DNA from: Candidatus Rokuibacteriota bacterium | GTDB lineage: Bacteria; Methylomirabilota; Methylomirabilia; Rokubacteriales; DASRDR01 | DNA length: 43,106 bases | Direction: 5' to 3' | Assembly (NCBI GenBank): GCA_044866005.1 | Contig: JBIOTN010000012.1 | Coordinates: 1-43,106, forward strand | Shown: piece after piece, positions 12,670 through 20,604 of the stretch | Numbering within the stretch: the first letter of the stretch is position 1 | How the letters are laid out: each line of letters starts with the position of its first letter | Notes under the pieces: model-generated | What the model saw: only the letters and a program-made list of their open reading frames with translations | Told to the model about the DNA's origin: nothing | Databases searched by the model: none | Position numbers and translations under genes: made by a program

Positions 12670-12737
12670 TCGGGGGGGTCTCGGAAGACCCCCCCGATGC
12701 CCCCCCGGCGTGGCGGCGGCAAAAGCCGCCGCTCGGG
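12670..12737. repeat. Repeat B: twin-hairpin REP-like element
   Basis: Perfect 12-bp stem TCGGGGGGGTCT/AGACCCCCCCGA plus GCGGCGGC-AAAA-GCCGCCGC. Reverse complement of the 17931-17997 copy. Confidence 0.85.
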
Positions 12738-12764
12738 AGCGCCGCTGGCTGCCCGCCGCCTGTC

Positions 12765-12941
12765 GCCGGGCCGAGACGCGAGCAGCCCCAGATGGACGCA
12801 GGGCCGAGGCGGCCCGAGGCGTATGCCGCATACGTCGAGGGGCGCCGAAGACCCCAGAGGCCGGGACGGCCGCGAGGCCGCAGGCCGAGCGCGTCCCGGC
12901 CGTGATGCAGGACGCCGGGATGCGACGCTCATCGGCCCGGC
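12765..12941. mobile_element. Repeat A copy 1: 177 bp MITE/REP-like element with terminal inverted repeats
   Basis: Ends GCCGGGCCGA / TCGGCCCGGC form a perfect 10-bp inverted repeat. Internal hairpins CGTATG-CCG-CATACG and GGCCGGGACG...CGTCCCGGCC. Homologous to the copies at 23082, 33329 and 43015. Mobility is inferred. Confidence 0.8.
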
Positions 12942-13937
12942 CTAGAGACTCCAGAAGACGCCGCAGCCGCGGCACGGCTGCGGCGGCGCCTCCGTGAGGA
13001 GCGCGCCGCGGAAGGCCTCGTAGCGCGGCCCCCACCAGATCGCCTCCAGCGTCTGCTCGAGGAGGTTCCCCAGCACGATCCCCTCGTAGGGCTCCGCCAC
13101 CCAGGGCGAGATGCAGCAGGGGAGCACGTTGCCGTGCACGGTGACGTAGACGAGGATCCACGGCCGGCGGCAGTGGCTCCACGGCCGGGTCGAGGCTCCG
13201 TGGGGCGTGAGGCTGACCTCCGGGGTCGTGGCGCCCGATGCGGAGAAGCCGATCCCGGCGCGCGTCGCGGCCAGCTCGGTCTCCCGGATGAGCTGGCTCT
13301 GCTCGGGGGTGAGCCGCCCGAACAGCGACTGCGCCTCCACGGCGAGGCCGAGACCGTTGTAGACCAGGCGCTGGAGGTGGATCCCCGCCGCGCCCGCCCG
13401 CACGGCGAGCGGAACGAGGCCGGGCAGCTCGTGGAGGTTCTCCCGCATCCCGGTGAACCAGAGGGAGACCTTCGGGTGCCCGACGCCGCGCGCCCGGCGG
13501 TAGGCCGCGAAGGCCTCGAGGTTCGCGACGACCTTGCGGAGGGCGTCGACGCCCCGCACGCGCCGGTACGTCTCGCGCGTCGAGCCGTCGAGCGAGACGC
13601 GAAGCTCGTCGAGCCCGGCGTCGACCAGCGCGTCGTGCCACCGGGAGGTGAGCGTGATCGCGTTCGAGTTGAAGAGCACCTCGGCACCCCGCGCCTTCGC
13701 GTGCCGGATCATCGCGGGCAGCTCCCGGTTCAGGAGCGGCTCGCCGATGCCGTGGAGCACGACGCGCTCGAGCACCGGGAACTGGTCCACGATCCGGCGG
13801 AACTCCGCGAAGGCGAGGTCTTTCGGCGCCTCGCGCCCGCCGAAGGTCAGGATGCACGTCTCGCAGAGCGAGTTGCAGCGGCTGGTCGTCTCCACGTAGA
13901 GGGAGCGCGGCAGCGGCAGGCGCCCTGGATCGCTCAT
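12942..13937 (-). CDS. Radical SAM protein with SPASM/twitch-type C-terminal domain
   Basis: CNSLCETC (CxxxCxxC), GIGEPLL, VSLDG, and C-terminal CRRPW...GNVLPCC...CRGC. Confidence 0.92.
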   Translation of the reverse strand: MSDPGRLPLPRSLYVETTSRCNSLCETCILTFGGREAPKDLAFAEFRRIVDQFPVLERVVLHGIGEPLLNRELPAMIRHAKARGAEVLFNSNAITLTSRWHDALVDAGLDELRVSLDGSTRETYRRVRGVDALRKVVANLEAFAAYRRARGVGHPKVSLWFTGMRENLHELPGLVPLAVRAGAAGIHLQRLVYNGLGLAVEAQSLFGRLTPEQSQLIRETELAATRAGIGFSASGATTPEVSLTPHGASTRPWSHCRRPWILVYVTVHGNVLPCCISPWVAEPYEGIVLGNLLEQTLEAIWWGPRYEAFRGALLTEAPPQPCRGCGVFWSL

Positions 13938-13943
13938 GCCGCC

Positions 13944-14504
13944 TTACCGGCCGCGGCGCCGCGCCGCGTAGAGCACGGCGATGACGGTCATGCTGTCCTT
14001 GATCTCCCCGGTCTCGACCATCCGCAGCGCCTCGTCGAACGGGACCGGCCGGACCTCGATGAACTCCGTGTCGTCGGGCGGCGTCGCGACCGGCGTGAGC
14101 GCCTCACCGGCGAAGAGGTGCGCGGTCTCGTCGACGACGCTCTTCGAGGTGTGGTAGGAGGCCAGGGGCGTGAGCCGCCCGGCCGTGTAGCCGATCTCCT
14201 CGGCCAGCTCGCGCTGCGCGGCGGCCTCGAGGCTCTCGCCCGCGTGGATCCCCCCCGTCGGCATCTCCCAGAACACCGCGCGCGCCACGTAGCGGTACTG
14301 ACGGATCAGCACGACCGTCTCCGGGTCGAGGAAGGGGAGCACGCCCACGGCGCCGGGACAGCGCACGATGCCGTAAATCGTCCTCCGCCCGTCGGGGAGC
14401 TCGACCTCGTCCTCGTCGACGCGGATCCAGGGGTTCTGGTAGACCAGGCGCGTCGCGCGCGTCCGCCACGGCACGTCGGCGAGCCGACCGCGAGCCTCGC
14501 TCAT
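13944..14504 (-). CDS. NUDIX hydrolase (ADP-ribose/NDP-sugar pyrophosphatase-like)
   Basis: Nudix box GGIHAGESLEAAAQRELAEEIG and QYRY. ATG overlaps the upstream stop (ATGA). Confidence 0.92.
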   Translation of the reverse strand: MSEARGRLADVPWRTRATRLVYQNPWIRVDEDEVELPDGRRTIYGIVRCPGAVGVLPFLDPETVVLIRQYRYVARAVFWEMPTGGIHAGESLEAAAQRELAEEIGYTAGRLTPLASYHTSKSVVDETAHLFAGEALTPVATPPDDTEFIEVRPVPFDEALRMVETGEIKDSMTVIAVLYAARRRGR

Positions 14505-15856
14505 CGGGCATCCTCCTCCAGGACGGGCGCGCGGGGCCATCCCGGGACGTCCGGGGCAGGGGCCGGCGCCCCGGCGCGCCCGGCCCCCGTCCATCCCGGA
14601 CGGCCCCGGCGCCACGCGGTCACGGCGAGGCCCAGCGCCAGGGGCGCCCACTCCGCGCCGACGACCCAGGCCGGGATCGCCCACACGGGCTCGGCGAAGG
14701 CGAGATACGTCAGCGCGACCGCGCACGTGAGATGGAGCCAGGGCCAGGCCGGCGCGGCGGCGAGCACCGGCACGAGCCAGAGCGCGTACCAGGGAAAGAG
14801 GTTGGGCGTCGCGAGGAGATAGGCGCCGACGAGCCAGACCGCGCGCTGCCAGGCGGGGACGGCGCGCGCCCGGAGGCCGACGACCCCGGCGAGGACGGCG
14901 AGCGCCGCGAGCGGCAGGAGGCGCGCCGCCCCGTGGCCCGCCGGGCCGAGTGGCCCGAGGATCCAGTCGAGCACCGCGCGCGCGCCGCCGTTCCACTCCT
15001 CCTCGGCGAGGTAGCGCCCGAGCGAGCCGAAGACGGCCATGCCCTCTCGCCCGTAGAGCGTGTAGCCGCCGGCGACCACGGCGACGGCCGCGGCCAGGGG
15101 GCGCCCCACGCGGCGCCGCCAGACGGCCGGGAGCAGCAGCAGGGGGTAGAGCTTCACGAGCCCCCCCGCGCCGAGCAGCGCCCCGGCCAGGCCCTCCCGG
15201 CCGCGCGCCGCGGCCCAGAGCGCGCCGACCGTGAGGGCGAGCACGACGGCGTCCACGTGCCCGCTGCCCGCGAGCTCGACGACCACGAGAGGGTGCCAGG
15301 CATAGAGGAGTACCCAGCCGGCCGGCCGGCCGAGGCTCCGGAGCCAGCCGAGCAGGAGCCCGATGGTCAGCGCGTCGAACGCGAGGACCATGAGCTTGAA
15401 GCCGAGGACGCTTGCCGGCGCCACGCGCGCCATGCCCGTGAACAGGAGCTGGGCGCCGGGCGGATAGACGGTCCGCCAGTCGGGGTGGTTGAGCCGTGGA
15501 TAGACCACCGGGTCGCGGTAGGCCGCGAGCTCCGGGGCGGTCGGCGCCGCGCGGTAGGGGCTCACGCCGGCGGCGCCGAGCCGGCCGTCCCACAGGTACC
15601 GGTAGAGGTCGGTGGAGAGCGTCGGCGCCAGGGGCAAGAGGAGCAGGCGAAACGCCACGGCGGCGACCAGGATTCCCCCGAGCGCCCGCCGGCCTTGGGG
15701 CGGGCGCCGGACGACCGAGACCGCCGCGATCCCGTACGCCGCGCTCGCCGCGACGAAGAGCAGGACGAAGCTCCGCACGCCGGTGAAGAGGTCGTCGAGC
15801 GCGGCCATCGCGCCGAAGGCGGCCGCGAGGCCGAGGGCGGCGGCACCAAGGGTCAT
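14501..15856 (-). CDS. Polytopic GT-C membrane glycosyltransferase (GT87/DUF2029-like)
   Basis: LSTDLYRYLWDG, TVYPP, YAWHPL...GHVD, PWY; many TM segments. Confidence 0.85.
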   Translation of the reverse strand: MTLGAAALGLAAAFGAMAALDDLFTGVRSFVLLFVAASAAYGIAAVSVVRRPPQGRRALGGILVAAVAFRLLLLPLAPTLSTDLYRYLWDGRLGAAGVSPYRAAPTAPELAAYRDPVVYPRLNHPDWRTVYPPGAQLLFTGMARVAPASVLGFKLMVLAFDALTIGLLLGWLRSLGRPAGWVLLYAWHPLVVVELAGSGHVDAVVLALTVGALWAAARGREGLAGALLGAGGLVKLYPLLLLPAVWRRRVGRPLAAAVAVVAGGYTLYGREGMAVFGSLGRYLAEEEWNGGARAVLDWILGPLGPAGHGAARLLPLAALAVLAGVVGLRARAVPAWQRAVWLVGAYLLATPNLFPWYALWLVPVLAAAPAWPWLHLTCAVALTYLAFAEPVWAIPAWVVGAEWAPLALGLAVTAWRRGRPGWTGAGRAGAPAPAPDVPGWPRAPVLEEDAR

Positions 15857-16587
15857 TTCAGCTGCGCCTCGAGGAATGCCAGCGTCCGCCGCGGCTCATA
15901 GGGCTCCGACGCAGGCGAGGCGTCCAGGCGCAGCCGGGCGAGGTCCTCGCCCCGGTCGACGTCGAACCACGGCGGCAGCAGGACGAGAGGCAGCCCGAGC
16001 CGCTGGGCACGCGTCACCGTCTCGGGCAGAACGCGCGCGGTGCTCCACGGGATCCCGCGGAAGAGCTCGGGGGCAGGCCGGCGGAGCCCGATCAGGTAGT
16101 AGCCGCCGTCGTCGCAGGGGCCGGCGACCGCCTCCGCCGTCGCGTCGAGGAGATGGCGGCAGGCCAGCCGCAGGAACGCCGTCGGCAGCGTCGGGCTGTC
16201 GGCATCGACGGCGAGCGCGCCCGCGTAGCCTTCGCCCAGGAGCCCGGTCAGCAGGCGGTCGAGCCGGCCGCCCAGGTCCGCGCCGGCCTGGGGCACGAGC
16301 CGCAGACCGACCGGCAGGAGGCGGCGCAGCTCGGCCTCGCGCTCCGGCGGCGTGAAGGCGACGAGCGGGTCCCCCAGCTCGATCCCGCCGAGCTGCTCCA
16401 CGCGGTCCAGGAGGAAGCAGCGCGCCAGCTCGGCGGCGACCGCCGGCTGGAGCGGCGGGCAGAGTCGCGTCTTGACCTCTCCGGCAGCCGGCACCTTGGC
16501 CATGACGGCGAGCGCGACCTTGCGCCGCCGTCCCCGGTCGCCGGCTCGCGACGCATCCCTGCCGGCGGCGCCGGTCCTCACCCTCAC
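15853..16587 (-). CDS. TIGR04282/DUF2064 family GT-A/CofC-like transferase
   Basis: MAKVPAAGEVKTRL, QAGADLG, DSPTLP, GPCDDGGYYLIG, IPWST, DVD. GTG overlaps the GT2 stop. Confidence 0.88.
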   Translation of the reverse strand: MRVRTGAAGRDASRAGDRGRRRKVALAVMAKVPAAGEVKTRLCPPLQPAVAAELARCFLLDRVEQLGGIELGDPLVAFTPPEREAELRRLLPVGLRLVPQAGADLGGRLDRLLTGLLGEGYAGALAVDADSPTLPTAFLRLACRHLLDATAEAVAGPCDDGGYYLIGLRRPAPELFRGIPWSTARVLPETVTRAQRLGLPLVLLPPWFDVDRGEDLARLRLDASPASEPYEPRRTLAFLEAQLK

Positions 16588-17276
16588 CGCGCCTCCCGCA
16601 GGGCGACGCGCAGGAAGCGCCAGCCGGCGCGGAGGCTCCCGCCCAGCGTCCCGGCGACCTTGGATCGGCCGCCGATCCGGGGGCGCTGCGTCACCTCGAC
16701 CTCGGCGATCCGCAGGCCCGCGCGCGCCGCCTTCGCCACCATCTCGACCGGCCAGCCGGGCCCCCGCTCGGAGAGCTCGAGCGCGAGCAGCGCGTCGCGG
16801 CGGATCGCCCGGAAGGGGCCGAGGTCTCGGAGCGCGACGCCGAACCGCCAGCGGAGCAGCGCGGCGACCGCGCGCGTGCCGAGGATCGCATGGCGCGGAT
16901 GGTCCGCCCGACCGCGGGCGAAGCGTCGCCGGCCCAGAACCAGGTCGGCGCGGCCGGCGGCGAGCGGCTCGAGGAGCCGGGCCAGCTCCCCGGGATCCTG
17001 GCTTCCGTCCCCGTCGAGGAACGCCACGACGGCGACGTGCGGGGGCAGCGCCTGCACACCCGCCCAGCACGCCGCGCCGTAGCCACGGCGCGGCTCGTGG
17101 ACCACGCGCGCCCCGGCCCCCCGGGCCGCCGCCGCCGTCTCGTCGGTCGAGCCGTTGTCCACGACCAGCACCGCGTCCACGAGGTGGGCGGGGACGGCGC
17201 GCACCACCGCCGCGATCGCGGCCTCTTCGTCGAGGGCCGGGATGACGACGCCGACGCGAGCGCCACCGTCGAGCAC
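16584..17276 (-). CDS. Glycosyltransferase family 2 (polyprenol-phosphate glycosyltransferase-like)
   Basis: VVIPALDEE, VDNGSTD, GYGAAC, FLDGDGS, DLGPFRAI, SKVAGT. Confidence 0.92.
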   Translation of the reverse strand: MLDGGARVGVVIPALDEEAAIAAVVRAVPAHLVDAVLVVDNGSTDETAAAARGAGARVVHEPRRGYGAACWAGVQALPPHVAVVAFLDGDGSQDPGELARLLEPLAAGRADLVLGRRRFARGRADHPRHAILGTRAVAALLRWRFGVALRDLGPFRAIRRDALLALELSERGPGWPVEMVAKAARAGLRIAEVEVTQRPRIGGRSKVAGTLGGSLRAGWRFLRVALREAR

Positions 17277-17515
17277 GGGAAGCTCTCCAGGTCCGGGGGG
17301 AATACGGGCGCGCGCCGGGGCGCGCGCGCCCGCCGACTCGCCAGGATCGTCGCTTCCGCCTCGGCCCCGTGAGGCGGCGTGCGGGCATTGTACCGCCGGA
17401 GCCCGACCGGGGGAAGCCGAGGACGGCCGCGCGGCGCGCGCGACGCCGGGCCGGGCGCGTGGCGACCGCCGCGCGAGGCTCCGCCGGACGTGCCGTCTGG
17501 TGTAGCATGGGAGCG

Positions 17516-17893
17516 ATGCGCGCGCCCCGAGCCGTGCTCACGCTCCTCGCCGCCGTCGCGGTCGCCGCGGGCTGCGGGAGCGCCATCCGTCCGGAAGTGC
17601 TCCGGACCTGGGTCGGCCGGCCTGTCGCCGCGCTGGAGAAGGACTGGGGCCCGGCGACCCGCGAGGTGCAGGACGGGGAGCTGCGCATCCTGGTCTACGA
17701 GGAGCTGGAGAAGACGACGAGCCGCAACTTCCAGGACGCCGCGACGGCGCGCAGCGCCGGCATCAACCCCAATGACCCCTACGCGCTGGCCGCCCAGGAG
17801 GCGTACCGCTCGCCGAGCGTCTATGTCCGGTCGTACCTCTTCTGGGTGAACCGGGAAGGCACGATCGTCAACGCCGCCGTCCGGCAGCCGTAG
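17516..17893 (+). CDS. Putative lipoprotein
   Basis: Signal peptide with lipobox AAG-C; WVG...WG.P pattern. Confidence 0.75.
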   Translation: MRAPRAVLTLLAAVAVAAGCGSAIRPEVLRTWVGRPVAALEKDWGPATREVQDGELRILVYEELEKTTSRNFQDAATARSAGINPNDPYALAAQEAYRSPSVYVRSYLFWVNREGTIVNAAVRQP

Positions 17894-17930
17894 CCGATGC
17901 GTGGAGTGAGCCGCGGGCTGCTCGTTCCCT

Positions 17931-17997
17931 CCGAGCGGCGGCTTTTGCCGCCGCAACCGGGGGGGGGCCTCGGGGGGAGCTTCCGAGACCCCCCCGA
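17931..17997. repeat. Repeat B copy
   Basis: GCGGCGGC-TTTT-GCCGCCGC, then a G-run, then TCGGGGGGAGCT-TCCG-AGACCCCCCCGA. Confidence 0.85.
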
Positions 17998-18020
17998 GGT
18001 AAGGCGCCGAGGAGATTCCG

Positions 18021-18719
18021 GTGATCCAGGTGGACCGGCACGATCAGCGGTATCACTTCAAGAACGAGTGGCTCTCGGCCTACTGGCATTTCTCCTTCGA
18101 CCACTACCACGACCCCGCGCGGACCCGCTTCGGCCCGCTCCGCGTGTTCAACGACGACACCGTGGCGCCGCGCAGCGGCTTCCCGCTCCACCCCCACCGG
18201 GACATGGAGATCGTCACGGTCGTGCTTTCCGGGACGCTCGAGCACGAGGACAACCACGGCAACCGCGGCGTCCTCACCCTCGGCGAGGTGCAGGTCATGT
18301 CGGCCGGGACGGGCATCGTCCACGCGGAGCGGAACCCGTCGCTCACCGTGCCTCTCCACCTCCTCCAGATCTGGATCGAACCGGACCGGCACGGCGGGCG
18401 GCCGACGTGGGCGCAGGCGATGTTCCGCCACGAAGCGGGCCGCGGCCCGCTCCTGGCCGTCGTCTCGGGAGAGAACCGGCGCGGCGCGCTCCCGATCGGC
18501 CAGGCGGCGACGATTTACCGGGGCAAGCTCGGGCCGGGTGAGTCGGCGGCGCACGAGCTCGCGCCCGGGCGGCGCGGTTACGTCTTCATCGTCGGCGGCG
18601 CCGTCGCGGTGAACGGGCAGCCGCTCGAGACGGGCGACGCGGGGCGGATCGAGGACGCGCCGAACGCGACGTTCAGAGCGGGGACCGCGGCAGACTTCCT
18701 GCTCCTCGACCTTCCCTAG
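18021..18719 (+). CDS. Pirin family protein (YhhW-like)
   Basis: HFSF..Y.DP, FGPLRVFNDD, HPHRDMEIVT, MSAGTGIVHAE, LQIWI. Confidence 0.93.
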   Translation: MIQVDRHDQRYHFKNEWLSAYWHFSFDHYHDPARTRFGPLRVFNDDTVAPRSGFPLHPHRDMEIVTVVLSGTLEHEDNHGNRGVLTLGEVQVMSAGTGIVHAERNPSLTVPLHLLQIWIEPDRHGGRPTWAQAMFRHEAGRGPLLAVVSGENRRGALPIGQAATIYRGKLGPGESAAHELAPGRRGYVFIVGGAVAVNGQPLETGDAGRIEDAPNATFRAGTAADFLLLDLP

Positions 18720-18765
18720 GAGCCTCGAGGAGGTCAGGCCGGCCTCCTCCCGGAGCCGAACACCG

Positions 18766-20604
18766 ATGGCGCTCTGGCCCCGCCCGATCGAGGCGACCGC
18801 GCCGCCCGACCTGGCGGCGATCACCGCGGAGGTCACCACCTTCGCCCGCGGCGCGCTCGCCCCCTGGGAGGCGGGGTACCTCGAGTACCACCGCCGCCGC
18901 TACCAGGACACGCTCCGGCTCCTCCCCCCGGGCCACGGCCGGCGGCTCCTCGACGTCGGGTCGTTCCCCGGCCACCTCTCCGCGCTCGCGCAGGCCCGGG
19001 GCTGGGAGGTCGCGGGCCTCAACAACGACATCGAGGGCGCCGAGCCCTGGGCCGCGTTCCTCGACCGCTGCCGGGAGCGAAAGATCGAGATCCTGGGCTG
19101 CGAGGTCGAGCGCGACCCCTTCCCGGTCCCCACGGCGTCCTTCGACGCCGTCCTCTTCTGCGAGCTCTTCGAGCACCTCCACTGGAATCCCTTCCACACC
19201 CTCAAGGAGATCTTCCGCGTCCTGAAGCCCGGCGGGCTCCTCGTCCTGACGACCCCCAACCTCAGACGCGCCGAGACGCTGTTCCGCTGGCTCCGCGACT
19301 GGGGATGGCAGCCTCCCGTCAGCCGGCCGTTCTACGCCCTCTTCCCCTCGCTCCTCTACCACCGGCACAATCGCGAGTACACGGCGAGCGAGCTCCACTA
19401 CTACCTCGCGCGCCAGGGGAAGGACCTCTACGACTTCGCGCTCGAGCGCGTCTACTACTCGGACTGCCTGGACGACGACCACGAGATCCCGGCCATCACG
19501 GGCCAGCGAGTCGGCCCGGTGGAGCGGCTCGCCGCGCGGCTGCTCCGCCGGCTCTGGCCCGGCACGCGGGCCCAGCTGATGGCGCGCGCCGTGCGGAGCG
19601 GCGCGACGCTCACCGAGTGGAGCGCGCTGGCGGGGGTCGAGGGCTTCGGCCCGCTCACCGAGGACGAGCGCGCGGTCCAGGGCTTCACGCGCCGGCTCAC
19701 GTTCCCGTTCCGGCTGACCGGCCCGCGCGCGACGTTCGAGCTCCCACTCCCCCCGGGCCGGGGCCCCGCGCTCATCTCCCTCATGGTGGCCCACCCGGTC
19801 GCCGAGGACGCCCCCGCCGCGCGGACGCGCTGGACGCTCGACGGGCAGCCGGCGATGACGCTCCCGCTCCGTCCCGAGCTCCGCCCGGTCCGCGTCCGGC
19901 TCGTCGTCCCCGCCGACCTCGCCGCGCGCGGCGCCGTCCGGGTCGGCCTCGAGACGACGACGTGGCGCGATCCTGTGACCGGGACGGAAGAGGGCCTCCA
20001 CGTCGGCGGCGAGTGGGTGCTGGTCGAGCGGCTCCCGACGCCGGCCGCCGTGGAGGCGGCGATCGAGCGCGCGGCGACCGAGCGGCGGGCGGAGGAGTCG
20101 TTCGACTACGGCTGGTGGCACCCGGCGGAGAGCCTGTACGTGCGCCAGCGCGTCACCGCTCCCTCGATCGCCATCGGGCGCGGTGACGAGGCGCAGCTCG
20201 GCCCGGGCTTCTATCACCGCGAGGACTGGGGACGGCTCGGCCTGGTGCGCTGGAGCGGGCCGGAGGCGGTCGCGTATCTGGCGCACGCCGGCGGCGCCGC
20301 GACGCTCCGCGTCCGCGCGTACAGCGGCGAGGCCCACCTCGGCCCGGCCCGGGGCTCGCTCCACGTCGCGCACGCCCCGGCCGAGGGCGCCTTCACGCCC
20401 GTCGGCGAGGCGCCGTTCGCGCTCCCCGCGGATACCTGGGGAGAGCTCCAGGCCCCGGTCCCGGCCGCCCCCGGCCGGCTTCGCATCACTCTCCGCGTGG
20501 AGTCGCCCCGCCTCCCGCGCGAGCTCGTCCCGGGCTCCCAGGACGCGCGCCCGCTCGGCGTCGCCGTCACGCGACTCTGGCTCGCCCCGCCCGGGGTCAG
20601 CTGA
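18766..20604 (+). CDS. Class I SAM-dependent methyltransferase with long C-terminal beta-rich extension
   Basis: LLDVGSFPG, FDAVLFCELFEHL, RVLKPGGLLVLTTPN, HNREYT. Confidence 0.85.
   Translation: MALWPRPIEATAPPDLAAITAEVTTFARGALAPWEAGYLEYHRRRYQDTLRLLPPGHGRRLLDVGSFPGHLSALAQARGWEVAGLNNDIEGAEPWAAFLDRCRERKIEILGCEVERDPFPVPTASFDAVLFCELFEHLHWNPFHTLKEIFRVLKPGGLLVLTTPNLRRAETLFRWLRDWGWQPPVSRPFYALFPSLLYHRHNREYTASELHYYLARQGKDLYDFALERVYYSDCLDDDHEIPAITGQRVGPVERLAARLLRRLWPGTRAQLMARAVRSGATLTEWSALAGVEGFGPLTEDERAVQGFTRRLTFPFRLTGPRATFELPLPPGRGPALISLMVAHPVAEDAPAARTRWTLDGQPAMTLPLRPELRPVRVRLVVPADLAARGAVRVGLETTTWRDPVTGTEEGLHVGGEWVLVERLPTPAAVEAAIERAATERRAEESFDYGWWHPAESLYVRQRVTAPSIAIGRGDEAQLGPGFYHREDWGRLGLVRWSGPEAVAYLAHAGGAATLRVRAYSGEAHLGPARGSLHVAHAPAEGAFTPVGEAPFALPADTWGELQAPVPAAPGRLRITLRVESPRLPRELVPGSQDARPLGVAVTRLWLAPPGVS

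Noticed and set aside
12942..13937. RiPP maturase interpretation of the SPASM radical SAM with the downstream repeat ORF as precursor
   Set aside because: The downstream ORF is a dispersed repeat found next to unrelated genes, no RRE/PqqD domain is evident, and the operon context is glycosyltransferases.
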